Of a DNA stretch of 64,000 nucleotides, positions 1 to 9,982 are shown piece by piece. The notes under the pieces are model-generated. The model was not told the origin of the DNA and ran no database searches. It saw nothing but the letters and a program-made list of their open reading frames with translations. The position numbers were made by a program, and so were the translations under genes. Position 1 is the stretch's first letter, and every line of letters starts with the position of its first letter. Origin of the DNA: Thermotogota bacterium (GTDB taxonomy: Bacteria > Thermotogota > Thermotogae > MWEM01). The stretch spans positions 80,154 to 144,153 of the forward strand of contig DAINPP010000001.1 of the NCBI GenBank assembly GCA_036743375.1, written 5' to 3'.

Positions 1-620
1 GAAGAGACTCGGAGTTACTGACCCGGATCCTGATAGAACATTTCCCCATGAAATTAAGTGAAGTGTTTTCTTCAGAAGTAAAAAAAATGTTTGCAAAGTA
101 TTACGGAAAACCTCTGACAGAATTCAGTATGTCCGAAATGATAACGGAAACGTTTAAACTGATCAGATCCCATAAGGTTCAGGTCCCCGGTCAATTACTA
201 TTGATGGGGAAAGTCATATTGATGATAGAAGGCATTGCGAGAAAACTGGATCCTTCTTTCAACGCCATCACCTTTCTCGATGATTATTTGAGGGAAAGAT
301 GGCTGAGTTTATACGCAGACCGAATGGATGCGTTGGAAGAAGAAGGCCTCTGGGGATTTCTGATGTCACCGAGAAACATTAAAAGCATACAGAATATCTA
401 CAATTCCGGAAGAATAAAACTTGATTTGGAATCGCGTAAAATAGAAACGCTTCTTCACGGTCTAAAAAATGGATTAAACAGTCTGGCCATATCCATAATA
501 ATCGCAGCGCTCCTCATCAGTATTGACAGTTTTGAAAACCAGCTCTTTGCTTATGCCAGCGTTTTTATCCTTGGGATACTCGTCATTTATGAATTCCTGA
601 CAGAAGAGAGGAGGAAATGA
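1..620 (+). CDS. UbiB/ABC1 (AarF) kinase family protein, C-terminal part. The ORF is open to the window edge, so the gene starts upstream of the window.
   Basis: No stop in frame from nt 3. C-terminal region has two hydrophobic helices (AISIIIAALLISI, VFILGILVIY) typical of UbiB-family tails, and a conserved ...IEG..RKLDP... segment. Confidence 0.55.
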   Translation, partial: RDSELLTRILIEHFPMKLSEVFSSEVKKMFAKYYGKPLTEFSMSEMITETFKLIRSHKVQVPGQLLLMGKVILMIEGIARKLDPSFNAITFLDDYLRERWLSLYADRMDALEEEGLWGFLMSPRNIKSIQNIYNSGRIKLDLESRKIETLLHGLKNGLNSLAISIIIAALLISIDSFENQLFAYASVFILGILVIYEFLTEERRK

Positions 621-621
621 C

Positions 622-1044
622 ATGGCCCTTTCTGATGATGTATTTTTAATAACTGTCGGAGTATTTGCCGAAATGAAAAAAAAGATTGAAGATTTGATCA
701 ATCAAGGAAAAATAAGTCAACAGGAGGCACAGAGATTGTTTGATAATCTGAACGAAGATCAGTTGAAGAACAAACATCTCAGTCCTCTGGCATTAAGTGT
801 GGGGTTTTCCGTGTATATAAACAGAAAGATATATGATTTACTTTCCGATCTTCAGCAAAAAGGGAAAATCTCTTCCGAAGAGGCCAAAAAATATTATCAG
901 AAATATGTTCCGGATGAATTCAGACATCGTTTCGTAAGGGAAAAATACGAAAAGAAATCGGATTTTGTTCAATCAAGTGATTTTGATAAAATTGTGGAGA
1001 AACTCGAAGTAATAGATAAGTTGATTTCTGAAAAGAAAATTTGA
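622..1044 (+). CDS. Small hypothetical protein with two SHOCT-like internal repeats (QGKISQQEAQRLF / QKGKISSEEAKKYY).
   Basis: ATG 1 nt after the upstream stop. Internal duplication is visible in the translation. No catalytic motif. Confidence 0.45.
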   Translation: MALSDDVFLITVGVFAEMKKKIEDLINQGKISQQEAQRLFDNLNEDQLKNKHLSPLALSVGFSVYINRKIYDLLSDLQQKGKISSEEAKKYYQKYVPDEFRHRFVREKYEKKSDFVQSSDFDKIVEKLEVIDKLISEKKI

Positions 1045-1805
1045 AAGGAGAATATGCGGAAAATAATCTGCTGAATATGTCTGAGATAATCATAATAATA
1101 GTAACGATAACTACCCTTTTATTGATTTTGGTATTTAGTTTTTTGTTTTTACGAAATGGCAGAAAGAAGGATAATACTACCGCTGAAATAGATCTTTCGG
1201 GATTTGAGGACAGTGTTTTGGAGTTGGTGAGTAAATTTCAGCATATTTCCGCCACAAGGTTGTCATCGTTAGAAAATAAGATTAATGAGATGAATAAATT
1301 ATTAAAGGATGCCAACGAAATATACTTTAAATTATCATCAATTCTATCGGATGCCACTAAAAAAATGACGGAACTCGAAAAGAGAAGCAACGAATTGGGG
1401 ATAAGCGGGCAGAAAGAAATGGTAGAGAAGAAAAACACCCCACAAACATCAGATACTACTTTGTACGGACAAATGAAAACTGAAACGTTTAACGGTGAAT
1501 CTGATTTAGCCTCTTCTCGAATCAAAAAAATGCCCTATTCAAAAAATGACAATTCATTTTCCGATGTATTGCTTGAAACACCCGCAATGGAATTCCAGAA
1601 TACGGATAGTCATGTTAATAATAACTCTCGTCCAACTATTGAAGAAATCGAAAAGCCATTTGATTTAAAGAGCAGTTCACTTGAACATAAGATACTTAAT
1701 CTGTCCTCGGAAGGGATGGATTCAACAGAGATCGCAAAAAGACTTGGAGTGGGTAAAGGTGAAGTAGAACTTGTTCTTGGATTGTTTAAAAGAAAATTTA
1801 TCTAA
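1041..1805 (+). CDS. Membrane-anchored protein with a C-terminal helix-turn-helix (LuxR/sigma-70 region 4-like).
   Basis: TTG start overlaps the upstream stop (TTGA). N-terminal TM helix IIIIIVTITTLLLILVFSFLFL, a coiled-coil middle, and C-terminal STEIAKRLGVGKGEVELVLGLFKRK HTH. Confidence 0.5.
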   Translation: MKGEYAENNLLNMSEIIIIIVTITTLLLILVFSFLFLRNGRKKDNTTAEIDLSGFEDSVLELVSKFQHISATRLSSLENKINEMNKLLKDANEIYFKLSSILSDATKKMTELEKRSNELGISGQKEMVEKKNTPQTSDTTLYGQMKTETFNGESDLASSRIKKMPYSKNDNSFSDVLLETPAMEFQNTDSHVNNNSRPTIEEIEKPFDLKSSSLEHKILNLSSEGMDSTEIAKRLGVGKGEVELVLGLFKRKFI

Positions 1806-1823
1806 TATATTAAGAGGTGTTGT

Positions 1824-2318
1824 GTGAGAAGTATTTTAAGAGAAAAAACTTCAGATTTCTTTGTGATGCTGCAATACGATAAGGCAGACTGGCTCAAGTT
1901 CTGGAATCTGTATTGTTCAGAAAATAGGGAGTTCATGAAGGGGTACATAGAAAAGTATCAATTGAACGATGAGGGGGTAAAAGAAATTCTTCAGGGTTAT
2001 GAAAGACCTTTTCTCGATCAGATTAAACAGAAAAACGAACAAATCAAACATTTAAAACAGGCAACGGTAAAAAACCTGAACAAGAGCAGTAAAGAACTCG
2101 AATTAATAAAAGAGGACTTCGTCATTTTTTTAATTGGTGCACTTGGGATTGAAGATGTTTCATTTATAGAACGGAAAGACAAACACCTTATACTCATAGA
2201 TCTTGTTTCTCTTGGAAAAAACCAACGGATCGACGATTTGCAGAATATTGTATTGGGCTCTGCTTATGCAATAAGAGATAGAATAAATACAAAAGAAAAA
2301 AATTTGGAGGAGATTTAA
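1824..2318 (+). CDS. Hypothetical protein
   Basis: GTG start 6 nt after an AGAGGTG RBS. The stop overlaps the pfkA start. No recognisable domain. Confidence 0.45.
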   Translation: MRSILREKTSDFFVMLQYDKADWLKFWNLYCSENREFMKGYIEKYQLNDEGVKEILQGYERPFLDQIKQKNEQIKHLKQATVKNLNKSSKELELIKEDFVIFLIGALGIEDVSFIERKDKHLILIDLVSLGKNQRIDDLQNIVLGSAYAIRDRINTKEKNLEEI

Positions 2319-3284
2319 ATGGCTGTTAAAAGAATCGGAATTATGACAAGTGGCGGAGATGCCCCAGGTATGAACGCTGCAGTACGATCAGCAACAAGAT
2401 ATGCAATAAAGAGTGGGATAGAAGTATATGGAATATTCAGAGGATATTCCGGTATTCTCGATGAAGATATCAGAAAGCTTGAGTATAAAGATGTTGCCGG
2501 AATAATGGAAAGAGGCGGAACTTTTCTCAGAACCGCAAGGTGTCCTGAATTCAAGGTTGCCGAAGTCAGAGAAGAAGCTGCTCAGATACTGAAAAAAAAT
2601 GAAATCGAAGCATTGATTATCATTGGCGGAGACGGAAGCCTTCACGGAGCGGCTTATTTGAATGATGATCATGGAATTCCAACGGTGGGAATTCCCGGAA
2701 GTATCGATAACGATATCTTTGGCACCGACATGTGTATTGGAGTTGATACCTGTCTCAACACAACGATGGATGCAATTCAGAAATTAAAGGATACGGCAAG
2801 TTCGCATGAAAGGGCCTTCATCGTTGAAGTTATGGGTAGGGAAAATGGTTATATTGCTTTGATGTCAGCCATTATAACAGGCTCAGAAGCAGCGATAATT
2901 CCGGAAGTCCCGGTTGATTATGATGAATTGTCAAACAGATTGCTTGAAGAAAGAAAAAGGGGCAAAATAAACAGTATTATTATAGTAGCTGAAGGGGCTG
3001 CAAGCGCTTATACGGTTTCAAGACATCTTGAACATAAAATTGGTTACGAGACTAGAATTACCATCCTTGGTCATGTTCAGCGCGGAGGAAGCCCATCTGC
3101 CTTTGACAGAATCATGGCTACCAGAATGGGCCTTCAATCTGTAGAGGCTGTTCTTGATGGTGACTTTGGAAAGATGATAGCCCTTCAGGGAAGCCAGATG
3201 GTCAGAATACCCTATAGCGATTTACTGGACAAAAAAAAGAAAATCAATATGGATCTTTACAAGCTGTCTTACGTTCTTTCCTGA
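2319..3284 (+). CDS. pfkA: ATP-dependent 6-phosphofructokinase
   Basis: [15 protein letters not shown] and IIGGDGS motifs. GGAGG RBS. About 320 aa. Confidence 0.95.
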   Translation: MAVKRIGIMTSGGDAPGMNAAVRSATRYAIKSGIEVYGIFRGYSGILDEDIRKLEYKDVAGIMERGGTFLRTARCPEFKVAEVREEAAQILKKNEIEALIIIGGDGSLHGAAYLNDDHGIPTVGIPGSIDNDIFGTDMCIGVDTCLNTTMDAIQKLKDTASSHERAFIVEVMGRENGYIALMSAIITGSEAAIIPEVPVDYDELSNRLLEERKRGKINSIIIVAEGAASAYTVSRHLEHKIGYETRITILGHVQRGGSPSAFDRIMATRMGLQSVEAVLDGDFGKMIALQGSQMVRIPYSDLLDKKKKINMDLYKLSYVLS

Positions 3285-3300
3285 GGTCAGGTGTCCAAGT

Positions 3301-4725
3301 ATGCGGAGGACAAAAATTGTTGCAACTTTAGGCCCTGCTTCCAGAGAAGAAGCCATGCTGAGAAAGCTGATCAGTGCCGGAGTCAATGTATTCAGGTTAA
3401 ATACCTCTCATGAAGCTCCGGAGATGCACATGGAAGTTGTAAAAAGAATAAAAAAGTTAAGAGAAGAATTACAGATACCACTCGCTATTTTACTCGATCT
3501 TGAAGGTCCTAAAATACGAACGGGGAAATTAGAGACAGATACCATATTACTCGAAGAGGGCCAGAAATTCACTTTAACCAGCGAAGACATCATCGGTAAT
3601 AAAGAGATTTGTTCCATCAGTTATAAAAGTCTGTCAAAGGATGTTCGACACGGTGATATCATCTTGTTATACGATGGCCTTATCGGTTTGAAGGTTCTGG
3701 AAAAAGATGACAATAATATTATTACCACGGTCATGAATTCCGGTTATATCTCTCATCATAAAGGAGTTAACGTTCCCGGTGTTGATATAGGCCTACCACC
3801 TTTAACGGAAAAGGATAAAATTTATATAAAACTTGCCGTCAAAGAAGGGGTAGATTATATCGCACAATCTTTTGTCAGGAACCCGGAAGATATAGATATC
3901 TGCAGAGAAGAACAGAAAAAATACAAAGGCAAAATCCCCATAATAGCGAAAATAGAGACGAAACAGGCTATGCAGCATCTGAGGAGTATTATTTACAAGG
4001 CAGACGGGATAATGGTTGCAAGGGGTGATCTCGGTGTAGAAATTCCCACGGAAGAGGTTCCCGTCGCTCAGAAACTGATTATAAAAATGACCAATGAGCA
4101 AAGGAAACCGGTTATCACAGCGACTCAAATGCTTGAATCAATGGTAGAGAATCCGAGACCCACCAGGGCAGAGGCAACCGATATTGCCAATGCCATCATA
4201 GACGGAACCGATGCCGTAATGCTGTCTGGTGAAACAACCATAGGCAAACATCCTATTGAAGCGGTCAAAGTCATGGATAAAATAGCTGAAAAAACGGAAG
4301 AGGATCTTTATGATCTGATTTACAACAAGAATACCGATGAGCATTACACAGAGGCTTTTATCAATACAGATGAAGGGGCTGTGGCCAAATCATGCAAAGA
4401 GATATGCCGACTTCTTGGCATTAATGTCATCGTAACATCAACCGTCACTGGACATACCGCCCGTGTCGTTTCGAGCTTTAAACCGAATGCAAATTTGATA
4501 GGTGTTACACCGAGTACGGAAACATATTATACGCTTGCATTGGTTGGTGGAGTTACACCGGTACTTGTTCCAGAAACAAAGAATACGGATGAAATGATAG
4601 AAAAGGGCGTTGAAAGACTCCTTGAATTGGGTTTGGTAAAGAGAAGAGAAAAAATATTAATCACAGCAGGTATACCATGGGGAAAAGCGGGTACGACAAA
4701 TATGATAAAGATTCACTCCTGTTAA
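3301..4725 (+). CDS. pyk: Pyruvate kinase
   Basis: N-terminus TKIVATLGPAS and MVARGDLGVEIP motifs. 474 aa. Immediately downstream of pfkA, the classic pfkA-pyk operon. Confidence 0.95.
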   Translation: MRRTKIVATLGPASREEAMLRKLISAGVNVFRLNTSHEAPEMHMEVVKRIKKLREELQIPLAILLDLEGPKIRTGKLETDTILLEEGQKFTLTSEDIIGNKEICSISYKSLSKDVRHGDIILLYDGLIGLKVLEKDDNNIITTVMNSGYISHHKGVNVPGVDIGLPPLTEKDKIYIKLAVKEGVDYIAQSFVRNPEDIDICREEQKKYKGKIPIIAKIETKQAMQHLRSIIYKADGIMVARGDLGVEIPTEEVPVAQKLIIKMTNEQRKPVITATQMLESMVENPRPTRAEATDIANAIIDGTDAVMLSGETTIGKHPIEAVKVMDKIAEKTEEDLYDLIYNKNTDEHYTEAFINTDEGAVAKSCKEICRLLGINVIVTSTVTGHTARVVSSFKPNANLIGVTPSTETYYTLALVGGVTPVLVPETKNTDEMIEKGVERLLELGLVKRREKILITAGIPWGKAGTTNMIKIHSC

Positions 4726-5783
4726 AAGTTTTATTTATAATAATATTATTTACCTTTTTACCTTTCGTTTCATTTTCAGAAAGCGGGTTGTACCTCGAAA
4801 AGGTACAACCTTTTGTTGATCTGATCAATGATAAAGTTGAAGGATTAAATAGTAGATATCCGAATTTAAATCTGTCTGTAGAAACCGATGCCGATGGGCT
4901 CTTTCTTCTCAGCGATGATAGGGTAATTAATCGGATTACACCGGATAAAATTGACAGGATCGGTATCATAAGTCTGTTTTTAAAGACAGAGTTAACTGTC
5001 TCGATTAAATACGCCTTATTGAAAGACCTTCCCTTTGACCTTGATTCTGAATCTATTTTTGAATATCCCTATATCGATCCATCAGGGAAATTCCTTGTTT
5101 ATATCAGCGATAAGACGTACGGTAACAGAAATCCCTTTATACTTGACCTTGATACGCTGAGGGAGAAAGAAATAGTCATCCCTGAGTCAAGTGAATACTT
5201 TCCAGTTTATTTAAACGATCACCTCTACTATCTCTCTGGAAAGAAGGATCATTTTTCACTGCAACGGTATTCGTTAGAAACGGAAAAGACAACAGAAATC
5301 TCAAATGGCCAGATAAGTTGTCTAAGAACCTTCAAAGATCAGCTCTTTTTCAGTGATCGGGGAAAAATTACGGTATTGAATAACACCGGTTTACCGGTAT
5401 CTGACTATTTTTTTGATGGTTTTATTCAATCGTTTGCAGTAGATGAAAATTCTATTTATCTTTCTATGAATTTGGGAAATCAATTTGATATCTTTCATTA
5501 TTCAATAAAAAATAAGGTATTGATTAATCTTACTAATTCAAGGTATAATGAAATGGATGTTAATTTGTACAAGAAGCATTCGATTATCTTTACTTCAAAT
5601 GAAAATGGCATTTTTAATTTATATATTTATAATCTCGAAAACAATAGCAAAAGTATTATCCTCGAAGATCATCAGTTTGAATATTTTTATCCCTTTTATT
5701 CCGATGTCTTCGAGAAGATTATAGTATCTGTTTTTCAAAAGGATAAAGAACCGGTTTTCAGAATTATTCCCATTAAAGATTGA
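4677..5783 (+). CDS. Secreted hypothetical protein with a TolB/PD40-like beta-propeller character. Start codon is uncertain.
   Basis: N-terminal signal-like hydrophobic stretch LLLKVLFIIILFTFLPFVSFS. Repeated Y/F-rich beta-strand segments. The ORF overlaps the pyk 3' end by 49 nt and there is no alternative in-frame ATG nearby. Confidence 0.45.
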   Translation: MGKSGYDKYDKDSLLLKVLFIIILFTFLPFVSFSESGLYLEKVQPFVDLINDKVEGLNSRYPNLNLSVETDADGLFLLSDDRVINRITPDKIDRIGIISLFLKTELTVSIKYALLKDLPFDLDSESIFEYPYIDPSGKFLVYISDKTYGNRNPFILDLDTLREKEIVIPESSEYFPVYLNDHLYYLSGKKDHFSLQRYSLETEKTTEISNGQISCLRTFKDQLFFSDRGKITVLNNTGLPVSDYFFDGFIQSFAVDENSIYLSMNLGNQFDIFHYSIKNKVLINLTNSRYNEMDVNLYKKHSIIFTSNENGIFNLYIYNLENNSKSIILEDHQFEYFYPFYSDVFEKIIVSVFQKDKEPVFRIIPIKD

Positions 5784-5831
5784 ATCTTATTTGTTTTTAT
5801 TGTATTATATTCATTAAGCGGGGGTGATGAA

Positions 5832-6326
5832 GTGGAAAACATTTTTGATGAAGAAAAGAATAAATATTTTCTTCATCCTGGATATGTTTTTGTCAGTGAA
5901 GAGCCATATCTGATACACACCGTCCTTGGTTCATGTGTTTCTATTGCTGTTTGGGACAGAAACAAGAAATTTGGAGGAATGAATCATTTTGTTCTACCTG
6001 AGGCTGATGCAAAACCAAACGGAAGATATGGAAATGTCTCCATCCCTTATCTGTTTCATATGATGCAGAATATACACTCCGAAAAGAAGCACTGGGATAT
6101 TCATCTACTTGGCGGAGCTTCGAATGTTTCTATGAAATCTGCTGTGGGTAGTTTGAATGTCGATTTTGCGTTAAATTGGCTGGAAAAAAACCATTATGCC
6201 ATCTCTTCAAGGGATTTAGGAGGTTCTTTAGGCAGAAAAGTCATATTCAACACCGAAACAGGCGAATTACTCGTTTATAAAATAAAAAAGATCAGGGAAT
6301 CGGATTGGTATTCTGATGAAAAATAA
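5832..6326 (+). CDS. cheD: Chemoreceptor glutamine deamidase CheD
   Basis: GTG start after a G-rich RBS. Conserved HTVLGSCVSIAVWD and GGMNHFVLP CheD motifs. Confidence 0.85.
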   Translation: MENIFDEEKNKYFLHPGYVFVSEEPYLIHTVLGSCVSIAVWDRNKKFGGMNHFVLPEADAKPNGRYGNVSIPYLFHMMQNIHSEKKHWDIHLLGGASNVSMKSAVGSLNVDFALNWLEKNHYAISSRDLGGSLGRKVIFNTETGELLVYKIKKIRESDWYSDEK

Positions 6327-7377
6327 AAAGATAAAAATAATCATAATAGACGATTCCGTAGTTGTCAGAAAAACCGTATCGGATATTATTAATCGCGAAC
6401 CGGATATGGAGGTTATTGCTACGGCAAAAGACCCTTATGAAGGCAGAGATAAGATTGTCTATCTGAACCCGGATGTTTTGATATTGGATATAGAAATGCC
6501 AAAAATGGACGGATTGACATTTTTAGGAAAACTCATGAAATCAAAACCCATGCCCGTTATTATATTCAGTTCTCTTGCAAAAGACCGATCAAAATATGAA
6601 TATACCGCTTTTGATCTCGGTGCAGTTGGAGTAATCGAAAAGCCTCTTAACAAGGAATCTGCTTCAGATATTTATGAAGAGATGTTTGATTTGATAAGAA
6701 CCAGCTCTGGATTGACTCAAATTCAATTACGAGCACTTGAAAGAAGGATTATTCAAAAAAACGTTACGATAAAGGAATTGTCAAAAAATTTTTTACTCAC
6801 GAAACCTGTTATTGCTATAGGTGCTTCTACAGGAGGCACTCACGCGATAAGAAAAATAATTTCCAGATTACCCGAGAAGATGCCCCCTATTGTCATGACA
6901 CAGCATATGCCTAAAAACTTCACGACTCAATTTGCAAGTAATTTGAACAGTTGCTCTCAATTGACGGTATTGGAAGCACAAGGAGGTGAACAACTGAAAA
7001 ATGGTATCGTTTATCTGTCGCCCGGAGGAATGCATATGCAAATTGAGAAAAAAGGCGCTTTTTACTACACAAAGATCGTTGACGGACCATTGGTTCACCA
7101 TCAAAAACCGGCGGTAGAGGTCTTATTCAATTCGATTGCTGAAGTAATGAAGAAAGATGCCGTAGGGATTCTCCTTACCGGAATGGGTGTTGATGGAGCC
7201 GAAGGTCTTTTGAACATGAGACGAAACGGGGCGTTTACGATCGCTCAGAATGAGCAGAGCTGTGTCGTATTCGGGATGCCCAAGGAAGCTATTAAATTGG
7301 AAGCTGCGGATAGAATTTTAGATATTAACGAAATACCTGATTTTCTTGTAAAATATCTGGAGGGAATCAATGGTTAA
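6316..7377 (+). CDS. cheB: Protein-glutamate methylesterase/response regulator CheB
   Basis: N-terminal REC domain (IIIIDDS...LILDIEMPKMDG) and C-terminal methylesterase domain (GASTGG, HMQ...). Overlaps the cheD stop. Confidence 0.9.
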   Translation: MKNKKIKIIIIDDSVVVRKTVSDIINREPDMEVIATAKDPYEGRDKIVYLNPDVLILDIEMPKMDGLTFLGKLMKSKPMPVIIFSSLAKDRSKYEYTAFDLGAVGVIEKPLNKESASDIYEEMFDLIRTSSGLTQIQLRALERRIIQKNVTIKELSKNFLLTKPVIAIGASTGGTHAIRKIISRLPEKMPPIVMTQHMPKNFTTQFASNLNSCSQLTVLEAQGGEQLKNGIVYLSPGGMHMQIEKKGAFYYTKIVDGPLVHHQKPAVEVLFNSIAEVMKKDAVGILLTGMGVDGAEGLLNMRRNGAFTIAQNEQSCVVFGMPKEAIKLEAADRILDINEIPDFLVKYLEGING

Positions 7378-8182
7378 TAAACATGTATTCACTATGGCTG
7401 CATACGAAAATTTCAGTCAGTATCTTGGATCCAGATTGGGTATGGAGTGTAAATTGAATAAAAAGGGGATGCTGGAGTCCAAACTGGATAGTTTTATGCG
7501 AATACATAATATCGAAAGATACGAAGAGTTGCTTGAGTATTTAAAAAAAAATGAGGGAACCGAAGTCTGGAATCAATTCGTTCATAGAATCACTACACAT
7601 AAGACAGATTTTTTTCGGGAGAACCAACACTTTGACTTTTTAAAGCAGAATTTAACAAAGATCATGGAAAGAAACAAAAGGATACTCTTAAACAGGGAAA
7701 TAAGAATTTGGAGTGCCGGCTGTTCAACAGGCGAAGAACCTTATACAATGGCGATGTTTTTTAACGAGAATTTTCCTGAAATCTATCCGAAAATACTCGC
7801 TACGGATATCAGCACAGAAAGTTTGAAAGCGGCAATGAAGGGATTTTATCCGTTCTCCATAAAAAACGAAATGCAGCCTTATTATATCACTAAATACTTC
7901 ATCAGAACGGGAAAAGGCTTTCAAATCGATGATAGTCTAAAAAAATATATTACCTTCAGAAGTTTTAATCTCACCAAGGAGTTCTGCTTTAAAAAGGGCT
8001 TTGATATTATCTTCTGTAGAAATGTCATGATTTATTTTGGTGAATCAGTCAGAGAAACTTTGGTAAATAAATTCTACAAAGCACTGGTTACATCGGGTCT
8101 CTTCATCATCGGTCATTCCGAAAGCCTTATTAATCTGAAACAGGATTTTAAATACTTAAAGCCTACAATTTATATCAAATAA
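7370..8182 (+). CDS. cheR: Chemotaxis protein methyltransferase CheR
   Basis: IWSAGCSTGEEPYTMAM SAM-binding motif and CheR N-terminal domain. Overlaps the cheB stop. Confidence 0.9.
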   Translation: MVNKHVFTMAAYENFSQYLGSRLGMECKLNKKGMLESKLDSFMRIHNIERYEELLEYLKKNEGTEVWNQFVHRITTHKTDFFRENQHFDFLKQNLTKIMERNKRILLNREIRIWSAGCSTGEEPYTMAMFFNENFPEIYPKILATDISTESLKAAMKGFYPFSIKNEMQPYYITKYFIRTGKGFQIDDSLKKYITFRSFNLTKEFCFKKGFDIIFCRNVMIYFGESVRETLVNKFYKALVTSGLFIIGHSESLINLKQDFKYLKPTIYIK

Positions 8183-8188
8183 GCCATC

Positions 8189-9028
8189 CTATCCCTTTAC
8201 GCCGCCAGCTGTTAACCCTTTGATAATATATTTCTGTAAGCAAAGTGTGAAAACAATAATCGGAATAAGAATTATTGTACCCGAAGCGGCGAGCTGTCCC
8301 CATTTTGGGGCATATTGTCCCATAAAACCGTTAACGGCAAGCGGAGCGGTCTTTGTTGCATTCCCGGTAAGAACCAGCGCGTAGATATATTCGTTCCAGG
8401 CCATGATGAATCCAAAAACCGCCGATACAACGAGGCCAGGTGCTGTAAGTGGAAGAAAAATCTTCCAGAAAACCTGTTTTTTTGTACACCCATCAACCAT
8501 TGCCGCTTCTTCAAATGACGGCGATACAGCACTGAAAAAAGGTAACAACAACCAAATGATATACGGAAGGTTAAAACTGGTGTATGCCAGAATTAAAGCA
8601 ATATGAGAATCCGTCAGAGATAATTTGTCAAATAGCATGAACATCGGAACGGATAATGCTATCTGAGGGACCATCCTCGAAATCAGGAATGAATAGGACA
8701 TCATCTTTCTTCCCTTAAATCTGAATCTTGCAATTCCATAAGCAGCCATCGAACCAAAAATCAACGATATAAACGTTGAAGAAAGCCCTATAATCAAACT
8801 GTTTCCAATGGAAGGAAGAAAGTCACTTTTCTGAAATATCAGTTCATAACTCTTTGTAGTGAATTGAAACTCAAAAGGATTGCTGTTCCTTATATCCAGA
8901 TCCCGTTTAAATCCATTGGAGATCACTATCCAGATAGGAAAAAGTTCAGCAAGTACAATAATCAGGGCAACAATAAATATCAGCCATTTTTTTATTCTCT
9001 TTTTATTTTTCATCTTTATCATTTTCAT
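8189..9028 (-). CDS. Carbohydrate ABC transporter permease (MalG-like, CUT1 family)
   Basis: Six TM segments and the EAA loop (EEAAMVDGCTKKQVFWKIFLP). Confidence 0.9.
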   Translation of the reverse strand: MKMIKMKNKKRIKKWLIFIVALIIVLAELFPIWIVISNGFKRDLDIRNSNPFEFQFTTKSYELIFQKSDFLPSIGNSLIIGLSSTFISLIFGSMAAYGIARFRFKGRKMMSYSFLISRMVPQIALSVPMFMLFDKLSLTDSHIALILAYTSFNLPYIIWLLLPFFSAVSPSFEEAAMVDGCTKKQVFWKIFLPLTAPGLVVSAVFGFIMAWNEYIYALVLTGNATKTAPLAVNGFMGQYAPKWGQLAASGTIILIPIIVFTLCLQKYIIKGLTAGGVKG

Positions 9029-9034
9029 GCCCCT

Positions 9035-9982
9035 TTACATCGTATCAATAGCCATATTTTTTCTGACGAGACCAAATGCAAACAACAGTGAAATCACGAT
9101 CAAAAGGACAGCCATAGCGGATGCATAGCCAAGTTTTCCAAATTCAAACGCTTGTTTGTGTATGTATAGAGAAAACAGCATGGTTCCATTTCCCGGGCCA
9201 CCTTTTGTCATGACAAATACCTCTGAGAATATTCTCAGGGCATCAATTGTTCTCAACAATATTGCGGTTGCAATTGTTCCCCTTAACATGGGTAGAGTGA
9301 TTGAAAAAGTTTTTTTGAAAAAACCGGCTCCATCAATTTCAGCCGCCTCCATAATATCACCGGGTAAGCTGCTGATCCCCGCATAAAGAATCATAAACAT
9401 AAACGGCCACATTCTCCAGATATCTTGGACGATAACCGCGGTATATGCAAGTGATTGATCGCTCAGGATCCCCTGTGGAAATTCAAGACCAATCAGTGAT
9501 AACAAATACGTTAAAGCGCCATATCTAGGTTGCAGCATCAATTTCCACGTTAAACCGGATAGAATAGGAAGGATAAATACCGGTAAAAGGAGAAGAGTTC
9601 TCAAAAAAGCGGATAATGGAAATTCATGATTGAACAAGATAGCGACTAAAAAGCCTATAATCAATTCTACGGGAATTGCTATAATGATAAATCCGAGTTG
9701 TAAGGCCAGTGATCTCCAGAATTCGCCATCTTTAAACAAGTCAAAATAATTATTTAAACCGACAAATCCCCTTGTCCCATCATCTACCTGCGGCCAATTG
9801 AAAAATGAGAGACCCGTTCCGTAAATAACGGGAAAAACCAGAACGACACCAACAATAATGACTGCGGGAAGAATAAAATATAAAAAAGGCTTCCCCTCCT
9901 TACGGGGGGAAAGCCCTTTGTTAAAAATCGGATTATTCATATTTCTCCAGTAATTCGTCAAGCCCATTGATTGTCGATTCAA
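9035..9982 (-). CDS. Carbohydrate ABC transporter permease (MalF-like). Start may be the internal ATG at 9967 or 9940.
   Basis: EAA loop MEAAEIDGAGFFKKTFSITLP with multiple TM helices. The longest ORF overlaps the binding-protein gene by 50 nt, so a later start is likely. Confidence 0.85.
   Translation of the reverse strand: MNRQSMGLTNYWRNMNNPIFNKGLSPRKEGKPFLYFILPAVIIVGVVLVFPVIYGTGLSFFNWPQVDDGTRGFVGLNNYFDLFKDGEFWRSLALQLGFIIIAIPVELIIGFLVAILFNHEFPLSAFLRTLLLLPVFILPILSGLTWKLMLQPRYGALTYLLSLIGLEFPQGILSDQSLAYTAVIVQDIWRMWPFMFMILYAGISSLPGDIMEAAEIDGAGFFKKTFSITLPMLRGTIATAILLRTIDALRIFSEVFVMTKGGPGNGTMLFSLYIHKQAFEFGKLGYASAMAVLLIVISLLFAFGLVRKNMAIDTM

Noticed and set aside
4677-4725. Alternative start for the secreted beta-propeller-like ORF to avoid the 49-nt overlap with pyk
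   Set aside because: No in-frame ATG, GTG or TTG with an RBS was found downstream before the signal peptide. The annotated start is left low-confidence instead.
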